NCBI GenBank assembly: GCA_963756875.1
Contig: CAVWPA010000003.1
Coordinates: 608,001-672,000 of the forward strand
Direction: 5' to 3'
DNA from: an uncultured Verrucomicrobiae bacterium
GTDB taxonomy: Bacteria > Verrucomicrobiota > Verrucomicrobiia > Chthoniobacterales > UBA10450
DNA: 64,000 bases
Shown here: positions 10,464 through 19,584 of the stretch, piece by piece
Layout of the letters: each line of letters begins with the position of its first letter
How positions within the stretch are numbered: the first letter of the stretch is position 1
Translations under genes and position numbers: made by a program
The notes under the pieces: model-generated
What the model was told of the DNA's origin: nothing
The model's database searches: none
Seen by the model: only the letters and a program-made list of their open reading frames with translations

Positions 10464-11606
10464 TTACCGCTTCGTTGTCATAATCAGGATAGTTTCTGAA
10501 GTGCTGCCTCGGCACGCGCGCCTTACTCGGCGTGCAGTGGGAATTGTGTCCTTGTAGGTTGCACGCACCTGGTATCCACCGATCTCATTCACCGCGATTT
10601 GAGCGAGCGCATGTGCCAAGGGCTCCCCATAGGCAGTGCTCAATACGTCACCGACCACCAACACGCATCGTCCTCCGGGTTTCAAAATTTGCCGCCACAG
10701 AGTCAAACACTTGCGCATGAGCTCGAAAAACTGTGTTTCGGTGGGAGAGACCTGTGCATCAAGTTCGTCTGGATCGTCGACACCGAGAAACCAGAGGCGC
10801 ATGCGATTGTCGCGGCCGTAGTCGAGCTGGCGCATATACGGCGGACTAGTGATTATCGCGTCGACCGGATCCGCGGGGCGAAATAGCTCTGCGTTCCTCA
10901 AAAAGCATTGCCGCTGGATCGAAAAGTCCACGTTTGGGATGCGTTTGAGCGCACGCCCCACCTTCGCTTCGAGACGGCCTGCAACCGCGCGGTACCGATA
11001 CAACTCGGGGAATACGTCGACCGGAAAGCGACTGAGTCGCAAGTAGGGAACAGCGTGACTGCTTGGAAACGACAGAAAACCCGGCCTCTGATGATGCAGA
11101 ATACCGAGAAGGCACGCTAACAAGAATCGTTCGCTGCGCCGCGCTAGCACGGCGCGCCAAGCGAGAATCTCTTGCAATGTTTTCCGATGGAAAAACGCAC
11201 GTATCCATTTCGGCACTACAGATAAATCAATCGATGGCATCGTCCGCACGGCGGCTTCGGCGGCACGCTGCAAACGGTGCAACGCGTCGTCTTGCGAAAT
11301 CAATGGGAAGAGTTTTGCGCGAGTGAGAAGGGATGCGTATGGACTTAGATCATTTGCGATGACGTTGCGGCCGGCAATCCAAGACTCCAACGCGATGGTT
11401 CCGCAACCAGCGAATGGATCGTAGACGCAGTTTCCCGCTCTGGTGCAATGGCGAACGAGAGCATTCGCCATCGTTGATTTAATCTTTCCTATGTATGGCG
11501 ACAACTGGTGGAGAGTCGTCTCCTGATGCACTGCGCTCCCGGCCCAGTCGCAAGTCACACCATTCAGTCGCAGATGGCTATTCCGATTCATGACTACGGC
11601 GGACAT
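10464..11606 (-). CDS. Site-specific DNA amino-methyltransferase, likely N4-cytosine, alpha-type motif order
   Basis: H...PYIGK, motif I DPFAGCGT, NDLSPYA, catalytic IITSPPY, LKPGG. Confidence 0.88.
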   Translation of the reverse strand: MSAVVMNRNSHLRLNGVTCDWAGSAVHQETTLHQLSPYIGKIKSTMANALVRHCTRAGNCVYDPFAGCGTIALESWIAGRNVIANDLSPYASLLTRAKLFPLISQDDALHRLQRAAEAAVRTMPSIDLSVVPKWIRAFFHRKTLQEILAWRAVLARRSERFLLACLLGILHHQRPGFLSFPSSHAVPYLRLSRFPVDVFPELYRYRAVAGRLEAKVGRALKRIPNVDFSIQRQCFLRNAELFRPADPVDAIITSPPYMRQLDYGRDNRMRLWFLGVDDPDELDAQVSPTETQFFELMRKCLTLWRQILKPGGRCVLVVGDVLSTAYGEPLAHALAQIAVNEIGGYQVRATYKDTIPTARRVRRACRGSTSETILIMTTKR

Positions 11607-11666
11607 CCCGGCACAGTATCAACGCGAGATAGATTCGTCGACTTCTTAAAGAAAACGGGGTCAGAC

Positions 11667-11695
11667 AATTGGGGTTCAGGCAACAAATCTTGACA
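11667..11695 (-). repeat. Right inverted repeat of the MTase-ParB-HD cassette
   Basis: AATTGGGGTTCAGGCAACAAATCTTGACA; a partial extra GGGGTCAG lies at 11657. Confidence 0.88.
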
Positions 11696-11908
11696 CCGTG
11701 GGTTCCTGAAGCTTAGCACTCTATCGGCCGCTCACTGATTCACCTTGTCCCCGACAATCATCCGGAGAGCTTCTGGATTTGGCTGACGGAAGCGGCTCCA
11801 GTAAGGATCCAAGGAGCGATCGCCAGAATCTTATCTGATTTTTCCAAATTGTGTTTGGCGCAGCCGCCTTCGTTCAGACTACGGCCAGCCAGGGAGCAAT
11901 CGCGGGGA

Positions 11909-13898
11909 TCAAATCTGGGGAATTCCGAGTCCTCTAAGATAATTGAATGTCGAATCATAAAAAGTAGGGGATCGCGTCGGATCAGCGACTTCGCCAGGCG
12001 GCACGAACACGACCATTCCTTGGCGCGCACGTGTAAGCAAGACGCGGTAAGCATTGCGGAGATACACCCGGTTGTCGGCATTCGCGATGTTGCACCAACG
12101 ATCCCCTCGGAAATCGTGATAATTCCAGTCCGCACCGTTAAAGCGAAAGTCACCGCACCACGCGACGCAGACCCAATCAAGTTCCAATCCTTGCACTTGA
12201 AATTCAGTCGCAGCGTCTTCGAGATAATAACTCGACCGCGTGTCGTCTCTGCCATTCAAAAAATAGTGTACCGGGTCAACTGAGACGCGGATGTCGATTG
12301 CGTGCGGCTTCAGTCGCATCGCTTTTGATGAGGCGACCAAGCCGTAGCGCTCCGTTCCTCGCGCGCGATCGCGAACCCATTGTTTCGCCGCATTCAGATC
12401 ACGCGTGATTGCGATCGGATATCTCGCGGCCAATTCTCCGAATGCGCGCTTCGCCTGTTCTTCGTCGCAATCGAGAAGCGCTTTGACGAATGCAGAAACA
12501 TTTTCCGCGCGAAACGATCGCATGGAGACTGCGAGATGCAGCGCGTCGTCGAACTTGGTGCGCGGACGCTCGCGCACGATCTCCAGGCGCTCGACCGGTC
12601 GCATACTCGCTGTCTGTGAGCCGTGACGAAATGAACATCTCCCATGCAGGAAAACTTCGATTCACTGCTTGGAGCCACGCATCAATACCCGGCTTCACCT
12701 GTATTAATCTCCTGGCCGCCACCAACAAGGCATACGATTACCGCCCAATCCTTGTGTCTATCCATGTATGAGATCAGAAACTCTGGCTCCGAATGAGAGA
12801 ACCCAGCGGCCGTTTCTTCGCGCAGCATGAAGTTGGCGGTCTGCCTAAGATTCCAAGCGCGTTGCGCCTCATCGAAAATAACAACGTGCTCATCCGGCGG
12901 ACCGAGATCGATCAGCGCATCGTCGCGGAAATGGTGAACGTTTTGAATAAACGACTTGATCGCGTTCTCCAACTTTTCCTTTTCGCGCCTTCTCGCCGTG
13001 TTGCTTCCGACGCGCGACTTCGTCACGCGTTAGCGCTTCACGAAGAACGGCAACCAATGGGCCATTGCCAGACAGAAAAACAGCATGAGTTGGCTCGATC
13101 CTCTTCACGCCGCGTCGCAAGATTCAGCCCGACTAAAGTTTTTCCTGCTCCGGGCACGCCAGTCATAAACAAATTCGCTTTAGCGCCCTTTAGCATGAGC
13201 TTCATCGACGAGTTCTTCAATTCGTCGCGAGGTAACGTGCAGATTCTGCGCGCCGGCGTCGAACCGCGCGATCGCTTCGACCGAATGTGCGCATACAGCG
13301 CGCGCGCAGCTTCGATGATCGTGGGCGTCGGATGATACGACGCTCGCGACCACGCTTCTGCATTCGACGGCGATGCCACTAATTCTCGCTAAGCGCAGCG
13401 TCGAGCGCGCTGCGAAAGTGTTCGGGATCGACGACAATCGGCCGGTAAAGTTTGTCGGCGTCTGGCATCAACTCGATCTGAGGACATTCGTTGCTTCTGT
13501 TGGGTCAGAATGGGAATGATTGAAGCATCGTGACTTGCCTCATGAAAATTCTTTAGGTCCAGCCCGTAATCCCAAACCTGATCGATCGCCGCACGATCAA
13601 ACGTTTTCTCGCCGACTTTGAATTCGATTGCGAAGACCACTGGCCCAATCACAAGAACGACGTCGATCCGCCGTCCCATTCGCGGAATGTTGAACTCGAA
13701 GAAGATCGAACCCGCAAAGGCCAATGAGTTGCGGGCGAAGAAACTCGATCTGCGCGAGCCACGCGTCAGCGTTGCGTTGGAATCAAAGTCGAACTCGCAG
13801 AATTAGTTGTAAGCTGGCCCAGACAATTTCGGGGGTCGCGTGGAGCAAAGTCTGCAGTCGAAGCGCCGTACCAGAATCGCAAGAGACGAAGACCGCAT
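11909..13898 (-). pseudogene. DUF2075 (Schlafen group 3-like) helicase with N-terminal PD-(D/E)XK-like domain, multiply frameshifted
   Basis: Fragments in several frames: [62 protein letters not shown]; real decay cannot be told from sequencing error. Confidence 0.8.
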
Positions 13899-14009
13899 CA
13901 ATGTGGTGGTGATTTGTCCTTCCACATCTAAATGCTAGCCACCGCGCTGCGATTCGACGAGAAAAGACTTGGCATTCGCCGCGAACCTGGCCAGGTAATT
14001 ATGCCCATC

Positions 14010-14251
14010 ATGGGCAAAGATTTCATTTCAAACTGGACAGTGTGGATCTCGGACAGGTGCTCGACGGGTTGCGATGTCGGCAACAATCGTGGGCGAATAC
14101 TGCGATTTACCTGCGTGACGAATATTTCCCTGATGATTCGTTCGTATGCGAAGAATGCAGTGACACCAATGAAGCGCAAAAGATCGCAAACATGTATCAG
14201 CGGATCATTACGACAATTGAAAATCAGATCGCCCAACAACGTGGTCAATAG
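14010..14251 (+). CDS. Small acidic hypothetical protein with CEEC motif; apparent -1 error in a T run near 14026
   Basis: Restoring one T gives MGKDFIFKLDSVDLGQVLDGLRCR...FVCEECSD...ENQIAQQRGQ*. Confidence 0.55.
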
Positions 14252-14390
14252 AACCGCGTTCGATCCCGCTGATGTACGTGCGGTCGAGCTCCGCTTTTTC
14301 CGCCAGAGCTTCCTGCGACAGCCCGGCCGCGTCACGGCGGCGGCGAACGTTTAATCCGAATCGGGTGAGAGTGTGGTGTCGATGCGACAT
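14208..14390 (-). pseudogene. Truncated XRE HTH protein, R-M controller (C protein)-like
   Basis: FGLNVRRRR..GLSQEALAEKAELDRTYISGIERG; homology stops near 14252, at the stop codon of the convergent ORF. Confidence 0.75.
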
Positions 14391-14407
14391 GCACACACTT
14401 CACCTGA

Positions 14408-14442
14408 ATGTTGCCTTTCAATCCACGGACTATAAGTCACAT
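14408..14442 (-). promoter_or_regulatory. C-box operator of an R-M controller gene
   Basis: Minus strand ATGTGACTTATAGTCCGTGGATTGAAAGGCAACAT: GACT-TAT-AGTC box, 17 nt upstream of the HTH ATG. Confidence 0.8.
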
Positions 14443-14761
14443 CAATATCGCTCGAAGACGGAGCGACAAAGCTTGTTGCCCCTGCGGTTCTTTGCCGCCC
14501 CGAAGTTTATTCCTTTCTGGAGCGCAGACTGACTGAACAGTGACAAGTGACCCGCCACGGCGGGTTCGTCTGAACGGGAACATGTGACCCGCCTACGCGA
14601 ATACTACGGCGCGGCAAGCGAGTGGCGAGAGGGCACATAGCTCATGATGTCGTCGATTTCCACAATATTGATCTTGAATTTCGCCTATATCGGGGAGGTC
14701 GAGCCCAGTCAGGCCGATTTATTCCTTGCATGCATGGCACGCACCGGGCTTACTTAGGGGC

Positions 14762-14929
14762 ATGGTCGCCATAATCGCCAAGCGTAGCGTTGCAGAAGTC
14801 CGAAAGGAAGTCCGAGCCATCAGGAAAGCCGGGGACGAAATCAACAAGTCGGCGAAATCAGCGCGCGCATTTCTGCGCAAAAACGGCTTCATTACCAAGG
14901 ACAATAAAGTCAGCAGGCAATATCGGTAG
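14762..14929 (+). CDS. Small basic protein, putative antitoxin
   Basis: 55 aa, ends 8 bp before the ART-like gene; SARAFLRKNGFITKDNKVSRQYR. Confidence 0.6.
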   Translation: MVAIIAKRSVAEVRKEVRAIRKAGDEINKSAKSARAFLRKNGFITKDNKVSRQYR

Positions 14930-14937
14930 CCCGGTCA

Positions 14938-15534
14938 ATGTTTGCCACATCGTTCGTTCTTGGCTATCACGGCTGCGAACGAAAAGTTGGTGAGACCATT
15001 CTGGCCGGCAAAGACCACGTCACGCTTAGCGAGAACGTCTACGATTGGCTCGGCCACGGCGCGTATTTTTGGGAGAACAGCGCAAAACGCGCGAAGGATT
15101 GGGCCGACTTTCTAACGAAACACCCGCCGGAACCGGATAAGAAAATAACCGATCCTTTCGTCGTCGGTGCGATCATTGATCTCGGCGATTGTCTCGATCT
15201 GACCGACGCAGGCTCACTGGAGATCATTCGCGCTGGTTACGATGAGTTCCGCCGAACCATGGAGCAGGCTGGTGCTCCCATGCCGAAAAATGAGCCGGCA
15301 CTCCGCGGCGACGTCGATCTTGTGAAACGCCACCTCGATTGTGCTGTAGTTAATTTTGTCCATCTGCTGCGTGAACGAGAGAAGAATCCGTTTGACACAG
15401 TCCGCGGAATTTTCACCGAAGGTGGTGAGCTCTATCCCGGCGCAAAGATCATGGCTAAAACGCATGTGCAGGTATGCGTTCGCAATCCCAAGAAGAGCAT
15501 CAAAGGCTATTTTCGCCCTCTGGCCCAGAACTAG
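14938..15534 (+). CDS. ADP-ribosyltransferase-fold-like protein, putative toxin
   Basis: GYHG, DWLGHGAYFWE..RA..WA, terminal HVQVCVRN; H-Y-Q pattern of the HYE ART fold (inference). Confidence 0.6.
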   Translation: MFATSFVLGYHGCERKVGETILAGKDHVTLSENVYDWLGHGAYFWENSAKRAKDWADFLTKHPPEPDKKITDPFVVGAIIDLGDCLDLTDAGSLEIIRAGYDEFRRTMEQAGAPMPKNEPALRGDVDLVKRHLDCAVVNFVHLLREREKNPFDTVRGIFTEGGELYPGAKIMAKTHVQVCVRNPKKSIKGYFRPLAQN

Positions 15535-15650
15535 CCAACCGACCGCCAGGTCATAAGAAGTTGGGTCAAATCTCAACTCCGAAAGCATTCGCGAGCAGGT
15601 TATTTAACATTCTTGTTCCCGGATCCTTGTAGCTTTGACCAACCGGTTCG

Positions 15651-17552
15651 TTAGGGAGACGGGATGTTCTGCTGCAGGAGCTCGAGTTCGTGCCAGCGCG
15701 CGTAGAGGTGCGCGACTTTGTCGCGCGCGGTTTTCAGTTGAGTTTCTAAATCGAAGATCTCCGCGCGCGGGTTCGCGTAGAAATCCGGCGCGGCAAATGC
15801 CGCTTCCAGGTCCGATACTTCGCGCTCCGCGGCAAGAATGTTCGCCTCCATCGATTCCCATTCGCGCTCTTCTTTCCATTTGAGCCTGGCCGGTTTCCCT
15901 TTGCCCCGCCTAGGCGGGGCGGCGACGACAACTGGCGGGCGATTTGAATCGCGAGTCGGAGCGAGCAGGGCTCGTCGTTCCAGGTAGTAATCGTAGTTCC
16001 CGACGCTGTACGCGACGCGGCCTTCCCCTTCGAAAGCGAGGATCGAGGTGCACACGCGATTCAGGAAATAGCGATCGTGACTGACCACGATGACGCAGCC
16101 GCCAAAGGCGACGAGCGCTTCCTCGAGCAAGCGCAACGTGCCGAGATCGAGATCGTTGGTCGGTTCGTCGAGCATCAAAACGTTGCCGCCGCGCTTCAGG
16201 ATTTTGGCGAGCAGCACCCTGCTGCGTTCGCCACCGCTGAGCTGCGAGATCCTGGTGTTGATCCGGTCTTCGCTGAAAAGAAATCGCCGCAGATAGGCGC
16301 GCAAGGTGATGCTTTGCTCGCCAAGGGTAACGTGTTCACCGCCGGTGCCGACTTCTTCCCAAACCGTTTTCGCGTCGTTGAGCAGAAGCCGATTTTGATC
16401 GACGTAATTGATCTCGGTCCGAGCGCCGATCTCCACTTCACCACTCGCCACGGGCAGTTCCTGCAGAATGACTTTAAGGAGCGAGGATTTGCCGAGTCCG
16501 TTACGGCCGACAACACCCAGGCGTTCGCCGGCTGTGAGATTGAGATTCACGTGCTCAAAGAGGGTGCGTCCACCCAGCTCCACGCTGACGTCGGTCAATT
16601 CGATGATGCGATTCGCAAGCTTCGGCGGCGTGGGGATAATCAACTCGACGTCGAGCTCCGCTTCCGGCGCTTCCTGCGCAGCCATCTCGAAATAACGTTC
16701 CACGCGGTCCACCGATTTCGTCCGGCGCGCCCGGGGCGCTTTTCTGACCCATTGCAGTTCCCGTTTTAAAAACTTCTGCCGTTTATGTTCCTGCATTTCC
16801 TCCACCGCTTTTCGCTGGACGCGCGCGAGCAGGTAATCGGTGTAGTTGCCGTCGTAACTGGTGAACTCGCCGCGCGACAGCTCGACGATCCGCGTGGCCA
16901 CCCGATCGAGAAAATAGCGATCGTGCGTGACGAACAAACAGGTGCCGGCATAACGAGCGAGAAAATCCTCCAGCCATTCGATCGAGCCGGTATCGAGATG
17001 GTTGGTCGGTTCGTCGAGAATCAGAAAATCGGGACGGGCGAGCAGCGCCCGGCAAAGTGCGACGCGGCGTTTTTCCCCGCCGGAAAGCGTGCCCACGACG
17101 CGATCCGGTTCCGGCGCGTGCAGATTCGTGATGAGCGACTTGATCCGGTGTTCCAAATTCCAACCGTCGGCGTGGATAATCTTGTCGAGGAGCGTGGCGC
17201 TGAGCGGGCTGTCACCCGGGACGCGTTCGTATTCGGCAATGAGGTCGAGAATCCGCTGTGCGCCGCTGAGAATGTTGGCATGGACGGTGGCTGCATCGTC
17301 CAGGCCGGAAACTTGCGGCATATAGCCGGTGACGAGATCGCGCCGGCATGAGAATTCACCGGAATCGGGTTGGGCCACGCCGGCCGCGATCTGGAGGAAG
17401 GTCGATTTGCCAGAGCCGTTGCGGCCGACGAGCCCAATGTGTTCGCCCTCCATGAAGGCAATCGTCGCGCCGTTGAGAACGACCTGATGGCCGTATTTGA
17501 CGGAAAGGTTGTTCGCGCTCGCGATGACTGTGCCTGCCGAGGTTTCTGCCAT
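15651..17552 (-). CDS. uup: ABC-F family ATPase (Uup-like)
   Basis: Two ABC domains (GRNGSGKST, LSGGE, LDEPTN), no TM segments, C-terminal coiled coil. Confidence 0.88.
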   Translation of the reverse strand: MAETSAGTVIASANNLSVKYGHQVVLNGATIAFMEGEHIGLVGRNGSGKSTFLQIAAGVAQPDSGEFSCRRDLVTGYMPQVSGLDDAATVHANILSGAQRILDLIAEYERVPGDSPLSATLLDKIIHADGWNLEHRIKSLITNLHAPEPDRVVGTLSGGEKRRVALCRALLARPDFLILDEPTNHLDTGSIEWLEDFLARYAGTCLFVTHDRYFLDRVATRIVELSRGEFTSYDGNYTDYLLARVQRKAVEEMQEHKRQKFLKRELQWVRKAPRARRTKSVDRVERYFEMAAQEAPEAELDVELIIPTPPKLANRIIELTDVSVELGGRTLFEHVNLNLTAGERLGVVGRNGLGKSSLLKVILQELPVASGEVEIGARTEINYVDQNRLLLNDAKTVWEEVGTGGEHVTLGEQSITLRAYLRRFLFSEDRINTRISQLSGGERSRVLLAKILKRGGNVLMLDEPTNDLDLGTLRLLEEALVAFGGCVIVVSHDRYFLNRVCTSILAFEGEGRVAYSVGNYDYYLERRALLAPTRDSNRPPVVVAAPPRRGKGKPARLKWKEEREWESMEANILAAEREVSDLEAAFAAPDFYANPRAEIFDLETQLKTARDKVAHLYARWHELELLQQNIPSP

Positions 17553-17630
17553 GGGGAACGTTGAACGTCGGGTGAGTAACCCGCCTCCGCAAGGCTACTC
17601 CGAAAGCGGGGGAGGGAATGGAAAGAATTC

Positions 17631-17654
17631 GGGGTCAAATCTAAATATTTGACA
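17631..17654 (+). repeat. Solo GGGGTCA-N10-YTTGACA element, same architecture as the cassette IRs
   Basis: GGGGTCAAATCTAAATATTTGACA. Confidence 0.55.
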
Positions 17655-17701
17655 TTCTTAGTTGCGGTTCCTTTCCCGCTTCGAAGTTCATAAGCGCAGC
17701 G

Positions 17702-18444
17702 TCACCAGGGAATTACTTTTCGATCTCTCCAGAACTTGCCTGTTTCACTCTGCGGTGCTTCGCAAGCCAACCACACGATTCCCGAGGCCCCTTCTGCAAC
17801 CGAACGCGTCGCATTAGCTCCACCCATATCGGTTCTCACCCAGCCGGGACAGACGGAGTTCACCGCGAACTTCGGTAGCGCCGCGGCCAGTTGCGATGTG
17901 ACGCCGTTCAGGGTTGTCTTCGAAATGCAGTAGGCGGGGCCCATCCGTCGGCGCCGTCGGCAAGTTGGCCGCCGCCGCTCGATACATTTACGATCCGCGG
18001 TTGGTCGCTCTTCTCTAGCAACGGCACGAACGCCTGCGCCACCAAAAGCGGCCCCAAGGAGTTTGTCCGCAGCGTCGTTTCAAATGTCTCGGACGAAATC
18101 TTGAGCACCTCTTTATCTTCATCCAGGAGGATGCCGGCATTGTTAACCAACGTGTCGAGATGATCTGCCTGGCGCGCGAATTCTTCCGCTGCGCGTTGGA
18201 TACTGTCGATGTCGGTGATGTCGATCTGTAAGAAGGTAACAGTACCGTCGTTTTTTTCTTCAATCGCCCGGCCGGCTTCGGCCTCGCCTTCCTTTCGAAG
18301 TTTCTCCGCAGCCGCCAGTCCGGCATCGGACTTGCGCGCGCCGATGAAGACGTGGAAATTTCGCCGCGCGAGCTGGCGGGCGACTTCAAAGCCGATCCCT
18401 TTGTTGGCGCCGGTGACCAGCGCGATGCGTTGATTTCTGTTCAT
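17702..18444 (-). CDS. SDR family oxidoreductase, apparent frameshift near 17935
   Basis: TGANKGIG, NNAG, VSSGGG; YCISK and CPGWVRTDMGG continue in another frame. Confidence 0.88.
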
Positions 18445-18627
18445 CTGGAAACTTACCGCAGGTTACGCGGATGAAAACGGATGCTGTTCGTCACGTTGTT
18501 GCAGCTTAAAGTTCGTGATCGCGAGGGCGCGATCACCAGCACGCGAGGCGCGTGCGCTCCCCGGCCCGATCCCTTTATTTGCGCCGGTGACGAGCGCGAT
18601 CCTTCTTTTCGTATGGTTCATAATAGC

Positions 18628-19060
18628 AATGCTGGATACTGGATTCTAGATGCTGGATACCTGATTGGGAAACGAGGATCGCAGGGCAAGGGGCGGCGCG
18701 ACGCGCCGTTATCAGTTAATTGTTATTGGTTGTCAGGGAAGGACGAAGGATGGAGCAAAAGCAAACGCCGAACGCTCAACGCCGAACGCCCAACGTCGAA
18801 GTCAGAAGTCGGAAGTCAGAGGAAGCGAAGAGCCAAGAGGTAAGGGCAAAGGGGTAAGGGCTAAGCGGACGGAGCAGAAGGCGGACGGGGAAAACGCCGA
18901 ACGCCCAACGTCGAACGCCGAATGTCGAAGTCAGAAGTCGGAAGTCAGGGGAGGCGAAGAGGTAAGGGCGAAGGGGTAAGGGCAAAGAGGTAAGGGCTAA
19001 GGGTGGCGCACCCGACACGTCTGCCGCTACAGAAGGCAGAAAACGCCGAACGCCGAAAGC
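18628..19060. repeat. Mosaic of heptamer runs, including two related blocks of about 110-130 bp
   Basis: ATGCTGG, AACGCCG, GAAGTCA and GTAAGGG units; block 18763-18865 repeated at 18892-19000. Confidence 0.8.
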
Positions 19061-19584
19061 TTTCGCCCGCCCGTTATCGGCGGTGGTTTTGCAAGCGCGC
19101 CAAGAGACGCTCAGGAATAGGCAATTTTTGCAAAGCCGCACACCGTTTGCGCTGCTTAGATTAGAGGTAACAAAAACTCGAAAGCCGCTTTATCACATGC
19201 CTAAAGCTTAATATTTTCTTTCGGTAGCTTTTTGGAGCGGGGTCAGCACGCTGGCCCCGCTTTTTCGTACGGGAATCCGGTGGAAGCTGCCAGCTTCCCG
19301 GGATCCGGACTCAATAAATGGTCGGGGCGTGGAGGGGCACGGAAAGCGAAGGGCCAAGAGCCAAGAGCCGAGAGGTAAGGGCAAAGGGAACGGACGTCAG
19401 AGGTCTTCGGCAGGGGCGCCGAAGGTCCGAGCCGGAAGGGCATCTCGGCAGGCTGCCGAGCTCAACAGGCTGGCAGCCTGTGCTCCCCAGAGCGGAGATC
19501 GGAGATCATGATCACGAGCATGAGCATGAGCATGAGTAAGAGAAAGCGGTGGAGCATCTAGCATCGAGTATCCAGCATCCAGAA

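Larger units (their letters stand above)
7735..11695. mobile_element. Non-autonomous inverted-repeat-bounded cassette carrying three co-oriented genes
   Basis: IRs tightly bracket the operon; no transposase inside; no target duplication seen. Confidence 0.6.

Noticed and set aside
11790..11812. GCGGCTCCAGTAAGGAT as a reversed tRNA 3' end or att site
   Set aside because: No GTTCGA T-loop, no CCA, no second copy and no integrase
18760..19060. Possible CRISPR array
   Set aside because: Repeats are degenerate heptamer mosaics without constant-length unique spacers, and no cas genes are present
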